Of a stretch of 64,000 bases of DNA, positions 26,460 through 40,600 are shown piece after piece. The notes beneath the pieces are model-generated. The model saw only the letters and a list, made by a program, of their open reading frames with translations, ran no database searches and had not been told where the DNA came from. This DNA comes from Tricharina praecox. Its lineage: Eukaryota. The stretch lies in contig NW_026250418.1 in the NCBI RefSeq assembly GCF_024521635.1, positions 372,001-436,000 of the forward strand. The letters run 5' to 3'. Position numbers and translations under genes: made by a program. Each line of letters opens with the position of its first letter. Within the stretch, counting starts at the first letter, position 1.

Positions 26460-27323
26460 CCAAAGATGCCTCTTTGCTGAGAGAGCCCCTGTCGCTCGCG
26501 TACCTGAAGCGCGGCATCTCAAAGGCAGGGTGGAAAGAGGTCAAAGCATGGTCTGACGCCAAAGTCACCAACCAAAAGTACCGGTGCAGCCGGAAACCTT
26601 GTCAGAAACCGGACCCGATCCTGGCCCCCGAACGCCTGGCCTCACAGTTTACCGGCCGAAGACGGGGTACTGCCTCACCGGCCAGTACCTCCGGTGCACC
26701 AAGAGCCGCGCCGACGTCCAGTACAGATAGTGCCGTTACAAGTCCCAGACCCGAGAGAATCTCTTGAAGTGCTACCCCGAACGGAAGAGCCAGCAAAAGA
26801 TTCCGTGGGCAGAGGTTCAGAAGGAGACAGGAAGGACAAGCACCGTTTCAAAATTCGTGATGTCTTTGCAGACGAACAGTGCAGTCAGGCCATCTTAGGA
26901 TTTCTCGCCTCCATTGATGTGGGCAGGCGGATCTCGAAGGTCGCTGGGAAAGATGCAGCAAGTGAAGTTTCCGTGTGGAATCTCAGGGAACGGGAAGAGA
27001 GACGGGCGGAGAGGAGTCAAGAGGAGGAGAAGGAGGGCGCTGAGGCTTAGGAGTCGGGGTCACCCCCTTCATGGCATCTCCTGGTGAAGAGGCAGGGGTC
27101 TCGGTGGTGTGAGGGGTGGAATTCGGACATTCCTAGTGTTATTTCCTTGGTGCACTCTACACATATCGATGGTACAGGCCAGGGCGGAGGGTAGGGGAAG
27201 CCACGTCAAGCCGCTTGATGGAAGTTGAGTTGGATAGTGAACATGGAAACGGAGTGTGTGTATATTGCCATAATCTAGCTACCTAAGGTCGCATGCAATT
27301 AATGATTTAAGCAAAAAAATAAA
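26460..27323 (+). mobile_element. 5'-truncated, degenerate Tad1-like LINE (non-LTR retrotransposon) 3' end
   Basis: Frameshifted, stop-containing translation SLAYLKR...KPDP...RLASQF...KTG.CLTGQYL...C.YKSQTRE.LLKC...KHRFKIRDVFADEQCSQAILGFLASIDVGRR matches the post-RNase H zinc-knuckle C-terminus of fungal LINE ORF2 as I recall it. Ends in an A-rich tail at ~27313-27323. No TSD found. Confidence 0.8.
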
Positions 27324-27899
27324 CTCGCTAAGCAGGCCGAACTCTCCTCGATACGATACTCTATACAAAGATGCTCTATCACTACCTCGACGTTATGTCT
27401 CAAGCCCTCGGTGGGTTCCAGCAATCTACGTCACATAGTCAGTTTGGCCGATTCCTTCAGGCTTCGGCACCATCCACTCTCGCCGACGTTTCTGAGCATA
27501 AAGGCGGGTGTCCTGGCCTCACACACAGTACCGGTAGGCCATCTCCATTCAGGCCGCAAATCGCCGGCAAGGGACCGTGGATCATGGTAACCTGGGAACC
27601 ATTTCTTTCCACTCGTGTGACCGCTGTGCAAAGTTGAGAGACAACCGGGCCCGGCTCCTGCTGATTTGCACAGGATCTCACTCGTGATGTCTACTCGACG
27701 AAACGAAAAAATGCGTCGACTGCGACGACTGGATACTGTACGTCCGGTTCTACATAGGTATGCTACCTACCTGTACGAGCGAGCGTAGACGGCAGATGAC
27801 TCCTGCTGCCGGTAGGGAGGCGGCCATAGTGTTCGTGGTGGATTTAGCTACTCCACTGCTGCTGAAGAAACCCATGTACCTAGGTGGAGTATCATGCGT

Positions 27900-30899
27900 A
27901 TGAAAGACGTCGCTTGGGGGCACAGGTTCGTGGAATACGGTGCTCATTTGACCTCCGGTTTGTACCGTACATACCGTACATACCGTGCCTTGCTATGAAT
28001 ACGACCCATAGATTCTATGGTGGTCAGTGGGGAAAGTCGACAGTACTACTACCTATACAATAGGTAGTATCCGAGTGAGCTGTCGAGGTACACGCAGTAT
28101 ACGGTACGGTACAGCTACTGATTACTACAGGAGCACCCATACCTACCGGTAGTTACGTCCGAAGTCCGCCGTCCGCCGTCCGCTTACGACCGTGACCGTG
28201 ACTGTGACTGTGACTGACTGTGTTCCGTCCGTGGTGCCGCAAGTCCAGGCCTCGCAGAGTCGCAGAGTCGCAGATACCATAAACCACCACGGAGTTACGG
28301 ACGCGGAGCACCGTTACTACCGTACATCACGTCATCTTGTTGCGTTCTCGGACAGTGATATCCACAGTAGGCCAAGTGAAGACCTCACGACCCCATTGCA
28401 CCGGAAGCAGAAAACGTGGCCATGCTCCCCATGCTCTCTCACGCGCGCGCCCGCAGCCAGCAGCAGCATGTGAGCGACTCCGCCTCCGCAAGACGCGTGC
28501 GGCGTTACATCGCGGACAGGAATAGCACATGCAAGCAAGCATGCAAGCAGGCAGACATGCAGACATGCAGGCACCCCGCTCCAGCGGCCAGCCTCCAGCC
28601 TTCGGCACCAGTAGCAGCAGCAGCAGGAACTTGCACCCGCTGCGGTCGAGTACTCTGCCTATGTAGGTACCAGACACCAGCAGCCGGTTCCACCCGGGGA
28701 TAGTGAGATCGCTCGTGGCATGGACGTCGACGACGAGGCTGCATCCATCCATCCATCCATCCATCCATCCATCCATCCATCCGCATTGCCAATAAATATA
28801 TGCCCACAGCAGCGTGGGAGATCTGCGACGTTCCGTGGAGTCGTGGAGTCGTGGACGCGATTAATCATTCCACAGTTTTTGTTCTGCTTTTGCTTTTGCC
28901 AGGCGGGGGAGGGGGGAGGCGGGAGAGGGATCGTGACGGCACTGGTGCATCAGCCGTGGCCCGCGGGTGGTGGTGGCACCGTTACTACCGTACCACGCAG
29001 TCCGAAGCCGGCGAAGCCCCTGGAATTTCCGGACGGGTTCGCAAACTGTAACTGTAACCGCAACTGAACCCGTGAGACGATGGGGATGGGCACGATGAGT
29101 ACAGTGCTCTGACCGCTGGGGATTACTATTCCAGACCACTCCCACCAGGCGTAACCTAGGTACGCGGCATTTCATCTGCCAATCGCTTCCGGGTCGTACG
29201 CAGAGTTCGGACGGACGGTTTAGAGAACGGGGAACGGGGAACGCTGTCGCTGTCGCTGCTCCTCGATATATCACTCGGCCTGAGAACTGCCGTCCCCAGA
29301 TGAGCGGGTCTAGCTGTGTGCCAGCCAGAAGTTAGAACCGGTTGAACGGTCGAGGAGACGGGACACGGAACACGGGACCTACTATAGAAAAACATGGCTG
29401 GCAGCACTGGCAGAGACGGGGAAACTGGATTTCTTGGTCGAGCTCAACTGGGTACAGGAGGTTGGACGGGACAGGACGGGACGAGAGCTGGTTGAACTGG
29501 ATACCTTTCCTTCCTGCTTTCTTTCCTCTTCATGCCGGTTTTCCTCATTGTGTCATACGGTGGCTGGCCGGGCGGAGAGCGATACCTAGGGAACCGGTAG
29601 GTACCTATCTATTGAGCTCGCGGCCAGCGGCCAGCGAGCCGGTGGAAACGGATAATTACTTATTATTATGTATGTAGTATCTGCCACGATCCACCACGGT
29701 CGAATGTGACATTAAACAAACCAACCCAAGACCAAACCCGGACGAACGGCGATCCCAGCGCATCATGAGAATGAAAGGTGTTGGTCGAGCACCTGGTGAT
29801 CCCGCGCCGAGTGAGCGCCCTGTGAATCACCGCCCGCCCACCCACCCACGTTTTCGCCACGCTCTCACGTCGCTGTCGCCGTTGCACTCCACTCCACTCC
29901 TGCTTACGTGCCGTGCTCTACGCCCTACGCATGCCCCACCGGCTCCCACATACTCTATACTCCATACTCCACCGGTACCTAGACTACCTACCGAACCGTA
30001 TAGGTGTATACCGGTACTCTACGCGGAGCATGGCCGAAGGAAGGAAGGAAGGAAGGAAGGAAGGCAAAGCTTGTACCATACGTACCATACCTTCCATACA
30101 TACCATACATACATATGTAGCCCTGTAGCCTGTAGCCTGTAGTCCTATAGCCCTGTAGCCTGTCCTCCGCCTCCTCCACCTTCTCCGCCTCCGCCTTCTC
30201 CGCCTCCGCCTCATCCTCTTCCTCCCAGGTACATCCATACATCCATACATTACATTACAACGAGTCTCCAATTTGAAATCGAAGACTCTCCGGCGGGCCT
30301 CGCCCACTTCCCCCGCCTCGCCCCATCCCCAGCCAGCACCCAGGCCCAGCCCCATTCCAGCCCCAGCCGTCCATAGTCCATACGAAGTTACTCTACGAAC
30401 CCATGGGACGGTAGGACTGGGACCGGGAGTGGGACTGGGACTGGGAGTGGGAGGGGGACTGGGAGTGGCCTGCTCCGCAGCTCCGCAGCTCCGCAACCGG
30501 GAATACCGCTGGACGTTGGAATCTGGATAGTGGACACTGGCCGGCGGACGTTCAATTGCGCAGTAGCAGCCTATTTACCCGCGCGATTCGAGACGGCTTC
30601 CAGAACATACACCCTCTCCGGAACTGACCCGGGGGGGGGGGGGTCCATGCGCCTGTTCCATCCAGCGTACTTATTGTGTATAGGTATGTGTGCATGTATT
30701 GTGTGTGTGTACCAGTATGTGTGTGTATTTGTGTATGTGTATGTGTATATATGTATGCATCACGATCACGCGTACCCGGACCGGAGAGCTGCCGGCAGAT
30801 ATGTATGGAACGTTATGTATGTAGAGTATGTAGATAGACCTCGGTGAAGCGAATGCACGCCCAAGCTCGCTCGGCTTTAGGCCTGCTACGTGTGAGCGT

Positions 30900-30932
<33 letters not shown>

Positions 30933-31594
30933 AGTACTCGATATTTGTGTGTGAGAGCGTGGGTATGTGTGTGTGAGAGCGTGGGTGTGTGTGTGTGGCA
31001 GGCCCACCGACCGGTGGTCATCCGGGAGCTCGCGCTCGCGCTCGCGATCTCTCGTTGTTTACCCGCGTGCGATCGATCAGCCCGTACAACCATGGACAAC
31101 ACAGAGATCACCAGCGCTTCCCGGCTCGCATCACCCCTTTCGAGTACTGGGATGGGGGAGGGTTTAGCCGGTGTTTCGATCCCCCCTCCCCCCTTCAAGT
31201 ATCGAACCTGTGATTGAATCAAACCCCACCCCCCAGCGGACACCACGGGCACCAGGGATCCCACTGACGGGCCCCACGGGCACCATGGGCCCCACGAGCT
31301 CGGTTGTAATTGTGCCGCGGGGCTCGGGCAAGGACTCGGGCGAGGCCACAGTGCCAAATAGGGATTTGCGGGTTCTTCAGTAGAGTACTCTACTTCTTGC
31401 TTAGGCGGACGTCGAACCATATGCCATATGCCATACCGTATGCATGCCTCGTGTGGATCCGGGGTTGTCTGTAGAGTATTGGCTGCTGATGAGTTGGGGG
31501 GTGCTGGGGTTTCACGAGCAAGCCGAGTGCTAGTGGGGCGAGGGGGGGAAGACGCTGCTGCTGCTGCTGATTTCGCGGCGGCGGGAGGAAGCGA

Positions 31595-31634
<40 letters not shown>

Positions 31635-34600
31635 GTTTCTAGACGGTTCTTCGGTTCTTCGTGTGCCATTGTGCCGGTGTATATGTGTGTGTATGCATGT
31701 ACATATACGGTACATACATAGACGATGTGAACGCAGCAGCAGCCGGAGAAGCTCGGACGGATATTATCATATCTATTGCGGATTGAACCGTGCGCGCGCG
31801 ACTGGACCGGATGGTAAGCATCGAAGATTTTATCCAAGCAGGAGGGAGGGAAATCAAGAGGGAAACATCATTACCAAGCAAGCAAGAAGGAAAGCAAGAA
31901 GGAAGGAAACATCATCACCCATCCATCCATCCATCCATCCATCCAGAAACTTCCGCCAGCGCAGAGCAAGCAAGCAAGTACTTTACCTGGACATACCTGA
32001 ATATACGTGAATATACGTGAATATACCTGTTGTTGTACTGTACGTACTGTACGTAGGGCCAGCGGATGTCGGCGGGTAGTTAACCAGCAGCAGCAGCAGC
32101 AGGTTTTTATCGATTCCGCACGGCAGCGCAGCGCAACCTGCCAGACCAGGCCAGTGACGATCCCGCCCGCCCTGTCCGCCGCCCTGTCCGCCGCCGCCGT
32201 CAAGATCGAAAGGTCCAGAATTAGCATCCGGTTTGCCAGCTGCGATGGGGAGGGGACTCAGGGAGCCCTCCAATCGAGAGCCTGCGCCACCGGATCGAGG
32301 GGCGTAGATACTCTACGTATCGGGGAAACCGCAGCAGTGATCCTGTATATGTGTGTACTCTACTGTAGAGTAGAGTATCTATCGACTATCGACACCTCTC
32401 CGTGCGGCGAACTCTAATGCGACGTGACATGACATGCGCATCCGGAACCAAGTAAGCATGTAACTATTTGCATACATATCATACCTGATATCGATCGACT
32501 CCGCCGCCTCCTCCTCCTTCTCCTCCTCCTTCTCCTCCTCCTTCTCCTGCTCCTTCTCCTCCTCCGCCTCCACCCCAATGCAGTAGTTCCAGCAGCGCCC
32601 TCCCGGTTCCCGACGGCAGGCAGGCAGATAACTAACCCACACCCGAGCAAACAAGATAACTACATATCCTATCCTCTCCTCTCCGCCCCCGCTACTATGT
32701 ATGTACATACCCCACTCGGGTAGGTAGCATAGTACCGTATGTATGTAGGGCCATCGCGGCATCCGGGGGTGGGGAGAGTGGGTGGAGAGAGGTAGTCCGG
32801 ACGCTCTCGATGAATCCGCGTGGTCCGCAAGTGTCGTTCTGCATGCGCATTATGCTAGCAGATATATAGTATTACCTAGCTCTCGATGCCTATCTACAGT
32901 AGAGTAACTAGAGTAGAGTGCTCACTCGCGAACCGCACTCCCGTAGATAAGGCTGATAGATAGTGGACTGCGGACTGGACTGCGGACTGGACTGTGGACT
33001 GTGGACTCGGTGTGTGCCAATGGCCAATGGCAATCCCTCCCTCCGCCCCCCGGATTTTGCGTTTGAAGGGAGGGACGGAGCGACGGAAGGGAGGGGAGGG
33101 GGTGGGGGACGGAGCGACGGAGGCAATCCGGATCAATACCTGATACATATATATCGAAATGGGAAAGTAGAATTCAGGGAAGCTGGGTACTCTACTCTAG
33201 AGTGCGGAACGAGAGCAGAGCAGAGCAGAGCAGAGCAGTGCTGAGTCAAGTCGAGTCGAGTCAAGTCAAAGTGGATAACCTATTTCCCGTCTCCTCGCCT
33301 CCTCGTCTCGTCTCGGATCCGGATATTCTCGCAGTTTTTCCGTGGCAGGGGGAAGGGAGCCGATATTATTCCGTCAGTCTAGCACACACACACACACACA
33401 TGCTCTACGTAGATTAAGCGTGTATGATATGTATGTATGTGGAGTAAGTTGTGTAGATATCCCGTGTGGATGGATGGAAGGGATACAAGTGAGAGTCACG
33501 GCAAATCCACTCCCTGCCGTAATTACTCTACACAGTTACATGAGTACCTACGGTACATACATGCGCGAATCCACTGCCCCCTTTGAGCCCCGTTTCCCCC
33601 GTCCCCACCCCCTCCCCACCCCCCAGTTGTCGCGGAGCGCATCATGTGTTTAACTATTCACGCCCGGGTCGCACACACGCCCCACACTCAGACTCACGTA
33701 AGGCCGCAAGTACCGTGCTTTCGTACCACGACGGGCACGTAACATGGCGGAGAGTATGTAGAGTATGTAGGTATGCTAGGTACGGGAGAGTAGCGAACGA
33801 ATGAGGAGTGGACCCTTGGACTTTGGTTAATGCCTGGCAGGCCCTGTTCCCTTCGTTTCTCTCTCTGCCGAGTCACCCCCCCAGCGGCCCAGTCCAGCCC
33901 CCCTCCCTCCCTTCCCCTTCCCTTCCCCGGTGCGTGTTTCGTTATGTACCTGTGTGTATGTAGAGTACAGGTACAGGTACTTGTGTATTCTAGAATAGTT
34001 ACAAGGCTCGAATCGCTGGCTGGCTGGAACAGTGAACTGTGCAGGCAGATGGCCTCCGACTCTCCGAGCTGAAGGTTCCTTTTTCCTTCTTTCCTTTTCT
34101 TTCTTTCCTTTTCTTTTCTTCTTTTCTTTTCTTTTCCTTGATCGATTGATTGATTTGATCGATTTGATTGATTGATTGAGGTTGTATGTATTTGCAATGC
34201 GCTGACAAGTCAAGTTGCTACCTAGTACCTAGCTTACCTGCCTACCTGTTTCAGGAGCAACCCGTGCTGTGTACACCCACTCTACTCTAGGTAGTAACCA
34301 ACTACCTAGCAGGTATTCAGGTCACGTTCCAATGTTCCAATGTTCCATCGCCGTGCTGGCGCGCGTCCGGCGATGTTGTTGCTGCTGCTGTTACTGCTGC
34401 TGCTGCGGATCCAGCTGCGGATGCTGGTGGTGTAGTGTTGGGTTGCCGGGTTGCTGTCACCGCTTGCTTGCTCGACTTCAACGCCGACTTCGCTGTGGGA
34501 GGGACAGGTCACGGAACACTAGCCACGTCTCCTCCTCCTCCTCCTCCTCCTTGGTTACATAGTCGATGCCCCAGCTTTGGAGCGAACGAACGGAGGAAGG

Positions 34601-37600
34601 AAGGAACGAACGGAGGAAGGAAGGAACGACGAAGGAAGGAAGGAACGAACGGAGGAAGGAAGGAACGACGAAGGAACAGTGTGTGGGGTTCGATGTGGGG
34701 GGGGGGGGGGGGGGGCGTGAGCGGGTGGCTGACTGACGGACGGGTTTCATATTACCGTCATCTACAGCACATACAACCGCGCCGCCATCGCCGTCGCCGT
34801 AGGATGTTGTTGTTGCTGTTGCTGTTGCTGCTGCTGCTATTGTTGTCGTTAACTATTGTTGTTGTTGTCGGTAGGTACAAACCGGTCAGCTGCCGTCGTC
34901 GCCGTCACGGAGTCACCATTCCTCCATCTCCATCTTCTTTGTTGTCGTTGTCGTCGTCGTCGGCCGTGCAGGCGCTGGGCGCGAGCGAACGAGCTGACAG
35001 GACAGGACAGGACAGGACAGACAAATCGGCAAATGCCATGCTCTAGTGTTTGTTTCCCACCCGACCCCACACACGCCCAGACACCCCAGACACGCCCAGA
35101 CAAGACAAGATGTCGGTTCGGTTTCGGAAGGATGCACTGCTCCCAAGCCTTGACTTAGCGGCGCGGGGAGTTATCCGGGTACTTGTGGTGGGGCACGGGA
35201 TGGAATCGGGAATCTGGATGGATGGAATCCGATGGATGGACTTCCCCACGTATGTGCTAGTTGGTACTATGTTTTAGGTATGTATCTACTCGGTGCCTAG
35301 AGAGAGCGAGAGCGCGCTGGGCCGTGAAGGAGGAGAAGGATCGGAAACAGGTTCTCTAGAGTACGGTAGGTATCGTTGTGTATCGTTACGGATGAGCGCT
35401 CCATTTCCAGCAGGAAGGAGGAACTTGGAAGGAGGATGATGGATGATGGATCACGGCGGGGAATCTACGGTATGTAGTCGCTTCTGCTTCCGCTTCGTAC
35501 ATGCATACCAGGTATGCATAGGGTACTAGGTGGTATGGATATGTAGCTCCAGAGATGTTCGAACGGCTTCAGGCGAGGAACGCGACGGTGATATCTGCAT
35601 CCTTCTTTCTCAGAAGCGGCGGCGGCGGCACCGACACCGACAGGATTGAATGCTTGTAGCTTGCAGCTTGCAGCCTGCTGGTGAGGCCGAGATCTTCCGT
35701 GATCCGTCCACGACTCCACGTCGCCGGTTTTGATAGATTCTTCGCGCTTCAAGTACATACAGTACCTACTGGTAGCTGTGTGGACATGAGCAGCGAGCTT
35801 TCAGGCGAGGTTGAAGTGGGCTGCAATCTGGGTATGATACTCTAGTAAAGTTTCTGGATCCGAATCTCTCTCACTGCACCGGTGAATCTCTCTCGCCGTG
35901 GCAATTCTATGAGGTATGTACCCAACTCGTGGCAGTGCGACTCCACTGTCGTTACCATCACCACCGTGTTGGTGCTGTCAGCCTGTCAGTTGTCACCACG
36001 AGTCCGTATGTAGTTGCCTGCGCCTGCGCCTCCACCACCAGCAGCACTAGCCACAACCCATCGGCTACCTACCTTATTCCAGGCCTAGCATCTTTGCACC
36101 TTTGCATCTTTTCTCCTGCTTGCTCGAGAACAAAACCCGCTATCCGGATACAATCTAACTACTCCACATACTCTACATAAACCCCCAAGTAGAGTGGACT
36201 CTGCAGCTACATATCCGATCGCGATCGCCTGCAGCCAGCAGCAGGAGCAGCAGCAGTGAACGGTGCACTTGTGCAGGCCGCAGGCCCCCGCAGGCGGTAC
36301 TCTACTCAGCACGTGCTACCGCACATACTTACATACATACACATATAGGAAGCGACATGTACTCTACATACCCCCCCCCCCGAAGAACTCCCCGATGCTG
36401 CTGCTGCTGCTGCTGCTTCCCACGGCCGCGTTTCGGATATTTAGTTGTTGGCCGGGCGGAATCGGAATCGGAATCGGAATTGGGCGTATGGTTGGCTTCC
36501 GATAGCCACGGCTGTATGTACGGTATATGTACGGGGGAACCGGGGAGACGCCGGGAGGATTTGCTTCGAGGGGGTTTCCCTGCACACATACACACACTCG
36601 GTACGTACCTCGAGTACGCACGAAACGTGGAACATGGGCAGTGAGCGGTGCGGTGTGGGGGGAATTCCGGGGAAGTGCTGGGCTGCAATTGAAAAGGCAT
36701 CTGTCTGCCAGGATGAGGATGGGGATGGGGGTTAACGTTGCATCTGCCTGTCTGCCTGTCTGTGTGCCTGTCTGCGTGCCTGCCTGTCCGCCCGACGCTC
36801 GTCCGTCCGATTGTTTCTGTCTCTGTTTTTGTCTCTGTCTCTGTTTCTGTTTCTGTTTCTGTTTCGCGATTCCCGATCGTATGCTTCTCATGTTTCCTTT
36901 TTGTATGTCTGGCAGTCGACGGCCATCAGCTGCCGGTGGTGGTGGTGGTGGTGGTGGTGGTGGTGGTGGTGGTGGTGGCTGTCCCCCACATCCACGCCCA
37001 CGCTCACGCCCACGCCCACGCCTACATACGCCGACGCCCACGCTCACGCTCACGTCCCCATGCGGACATCGTCAAATGTACGTAGCCATCCCTGGTTCTG
37101 ATTCGCGGCTCTCCAGGCCGAGCATAGATACTCTAGGTATTCGCGTTTCGGATGTCCCCAGCATCCCATCTCATCCCATCCCACTTACCTAAAAACGAAA
37201 GAAAGAAAGAAAGAAAGAAACGATCGTGATGTGATGTGGAGAATGTCGGTCATAAGTAGCAGGTGCCCAAAGCGCAGCCGCTCACTCCCTCCCTCACTCA
37301 CTCCCTCCCTCCCTTCCTTCCTTCCTTCCTTCCTTCCTTGCTCCCTCGATATGAGCTCTCCCGAAAGCCAGGCACGGGCTGCGGGAGTGCTAGAGTTAGA
37401 GTGTGTAGGGTGGAGTATGTAGAGTCCCTAGCGGGAATCGAACCCAGGCTCCAGCTCCGGCCTCCGGCAATACGGACCGGAGCTGCTACAAGTGAGAACT
37501 TGAACTTGGAAGCTGGCAGGTACATATCGACATAGGCATCTAACTACGAAGCGAGGCAAGACGAGGCGAGGCGAACGCGGATTCCCGTGGAGGATGATTG

Positions 37601-40600
37601 GCAGGTGTCTAGGGGGTCACTGGTTATGATGTATGTACTGTACCTCTGGAAGCTGCATATGTGTGCATAGTGTACGGTAGATATAAGGTATCCCCATATG
37701 TACTTGGAGGTTAATTATGCGCATAGACGATTCGACGCGTCGAAACGGCGAAAACATCTGCTTACTCTACTTGGTTCTCCAGAGCCTTTGTATGTACCCC
37801 GGAATCGAGTCGAGCAGAGCAGAGCATCTACACAGTGCATCCCCCTCCTCCTTCCACATCCGGAGCGGGTACTTACGGCCAGGTCAGGTCAGGCCGAAGC
37901 CTTGGCATCAGCACACCGCCCACTCCCCCGTCGCCGTTCCCCCCACGGAGCCCACAGAGCCCAGTGATCACGGGTCGTCCGAAGGGGTTGAATCGTGATC
38001 GTGATCGTGATCTTTGCGCGGCCCGTTCCCGCTCGCAGTGAGAGGGAATGCTGTGGTGCGATGCGATGCGATGCGATGTGATGGGATGGGATGTGATGGG
38101 ATGTGATGGGGTGGGGTGGGATTGCGATGTGTGTGTGTTGGTGGCGGCGCTGGATGGGGAACGGCGAAGTTCGAACGGGGGAAGCCTGAAGCCTGAAGCC
38201 TGAAGAACCAATTGAAAACGGAGATGGTGAGAGGATGCGGAGATGGTGAAGGATGCGGAAGGGGTATGTGTACGTGCTACTACCTAGTATAACTAGTAGG
38301 TAGTTAGTTAGGCTAGTGGCGGATTCTTCACGAGAAGGTGAAGGTGATGGCATGGCATGGTGATGTTGTGTTCCGGTTTTCGTGGCGATATTCGGCTGCA
38401 GTCTCGAGCCTCGAGCCTCGAGCGTCGGCGCCACGGGCTGGTCACGGACATCACCAGGCACCGTATCTATATGGGTAACTACCATCCTGGAGTACTAGGT
38501 ACGGCCATTTCAACCACCGACCTGGAACCCCAAGTATCGCCACCACATAGACACCCCACACTGCACACCGCACATTGTTTCTTTCGTCCCAAGCCGGCCC
38601 CACGCTTCCAAGTTCCGCGTGACTACTCTCGGCATCTACCTGGTAGTAGGCGAGTAGCCTCCGGTCTCGGCCCCGCGCATTGAGGCGTCGTTAGGTAGTG
38701 GTCAGTGGTCACCGTCACCGTTGGCTTCGTGTGCAATGTGCAATGCGTAATGGAGGTATGGTATAATGTGCATTGCATTCATATTTCATTTCATTTCTCG
38801 CCTCACATTTGATCCATGGTATCGGGGAATATCGATGTATGTAAAGTACCCTGACAAAAAGGACTGGACAAAGCCCGTTTTACACCAAAAATGCCCGTTT
38901 CCATGCAACCCAAACATACCCTCCACCTGGTGGAAAAAAATCGTCTCTTTCACAGAAGCGTTAGAATCACAAGCTTCTTCATCAATAAAAACTTTGACGA
39001 CTTTCATCACGGATTGGGGCTGTATGACGTTGTGTGTGCAGGAGTTGAAAAGTGACATGACATTTTGTATGGGGCCCCCATACAAAAGGCTACTTGGCAA
39101 CCATTAACTTTTCCCCCATATGGTATTGTTCCACAACAACGATTCAGAACTCCGCGAGGAGTTCCCATATCGTTGTTGGTGTAATTATAGAGGTCTCCCG
39201 ATGGTCTCTGATTTTTTTTCGATACGTTGTGGCTGTTGTATCGATAGTTGAAAATGGCCATTTTTGGTGTAAAGCGGACACTGTCCAATCCTTTTTGTCC
39301 TAGTACTGTATGTACTCTAGGTAGATCAAGGGAAGGGAGAAGAAGAAGAAGAAGAAGAAGAAGGGAGACCATATTACCTATCATGTTACTACATAGAGTG
39401 TGTTGCTAATACATGACATACGCCCTGCGGTTTGCGGGATGCAGACATATCAGGCTGAGCTGATGTAGGTATCATGTTACCTACACCGTTATCGTCGGAG
39501 AATAGACTGCGAGAGTGGTTTTGTCCCGTTTTGTGGAGTGAAGTGGAGTGAAGGATGTCCATTGTCCATTGCCCATTCCAGGAGCCAATCCGTAACCGCA
39601 GTCTGGAGTCTGGGACGTGCTTGCGTGCGGAAGATGGGGGTACCCTGTGAGAGGTCACGCCTTGCGACTCATTCCTCCCACTCCACTGCCGTGCTGCTGC
39701 TGTGTCAGTGTGTCTCCATGTAGAGTTGCAAGTTGCAACGGCTCCGGCCGCCGGGCTGGAAGCCTACTCTACATACATGTTAGGCACCGGTAGGTACTGC
39801 CCCCCAGTGTGCACTGTGAACGTCGTGATCGTTACACGAGGCCAATATAGATGTCCGTCGTGATGCGGCGCTGGGTAAGCATGCTGTATCGTACGTTCCC
39901 TCGCTCTCTTCCTTCCTTCCTTTCTTCCTTCCTTCCTTCCTTCCTTCCTTCCTTCCTTCCTTCCTTCCTTCCTTCCATCCATCCTTCCGTCCACCCGCCC
40001 GTCTCGGTATCGGGATTCCGTCATACATATGCGCGCTTTCGCGCCGCGGTTGATAGGTACATACATCATGTAACTACCGTACCTATGCGAGTGTGCGTGC
40101 GTGCCCAATCCAGAATATCGAACCCGGCCAGCCATCCATGCATCCATCGCATAGTTAACATGCGGTTGTTTCATGAGCTGACCGACAGACCGACTGACCG
40201 ACCGACCGACTGAACCAGCGCCTGACTACCTACCCAGGTAGAGTAGAGTACCTAGAATACAACTGCCAACTCACCACTCCACACCCTCATTTTCCCCCCA
40301 CGGGCCCGGAGCGTGATCCTATTCCATCCCAGAATTCCTTGAGCATCCATATGTATGATGCTCCAGCATCCACTCTCCGGCGCGGTGCGGCGCCGGTAAG
40401 GTAAGGCAAGGCGGCTCCCGCTCGCGAGGGAGGGAGGGAGCGAGCTTTGTTTGTCGAGCTCGAGCTCGAACGAACGAACGATCCCCAATGCCCCATGCGC
40501 CCAGGATGCGGAGTGCGGGGGGAGCATGCTATTGGTGGGGCATGTCATGTCATGTCATGTCGCTGTCGCCGTGCGTGGGGTCACTGGGGTGGGTGGGTGG

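Noticed and set aside
30671..31837. 388-aa ORF on the minus strand, and many other 100-230-aa ORFs in 28-47 kb
   Set aside because: Translations are microsatellite-derived (THTH, PASQ, poly-P/L/W) with no domain or consistent splice structure.
37424..37499. tRNA-like GGGTTCGATTCCC (minus strand) next to a 9-bp hairpin
   Set aside because: No D-arm/A-box, proper anticodon arm or good acceptor stem; at most a B-box-like coincidence.
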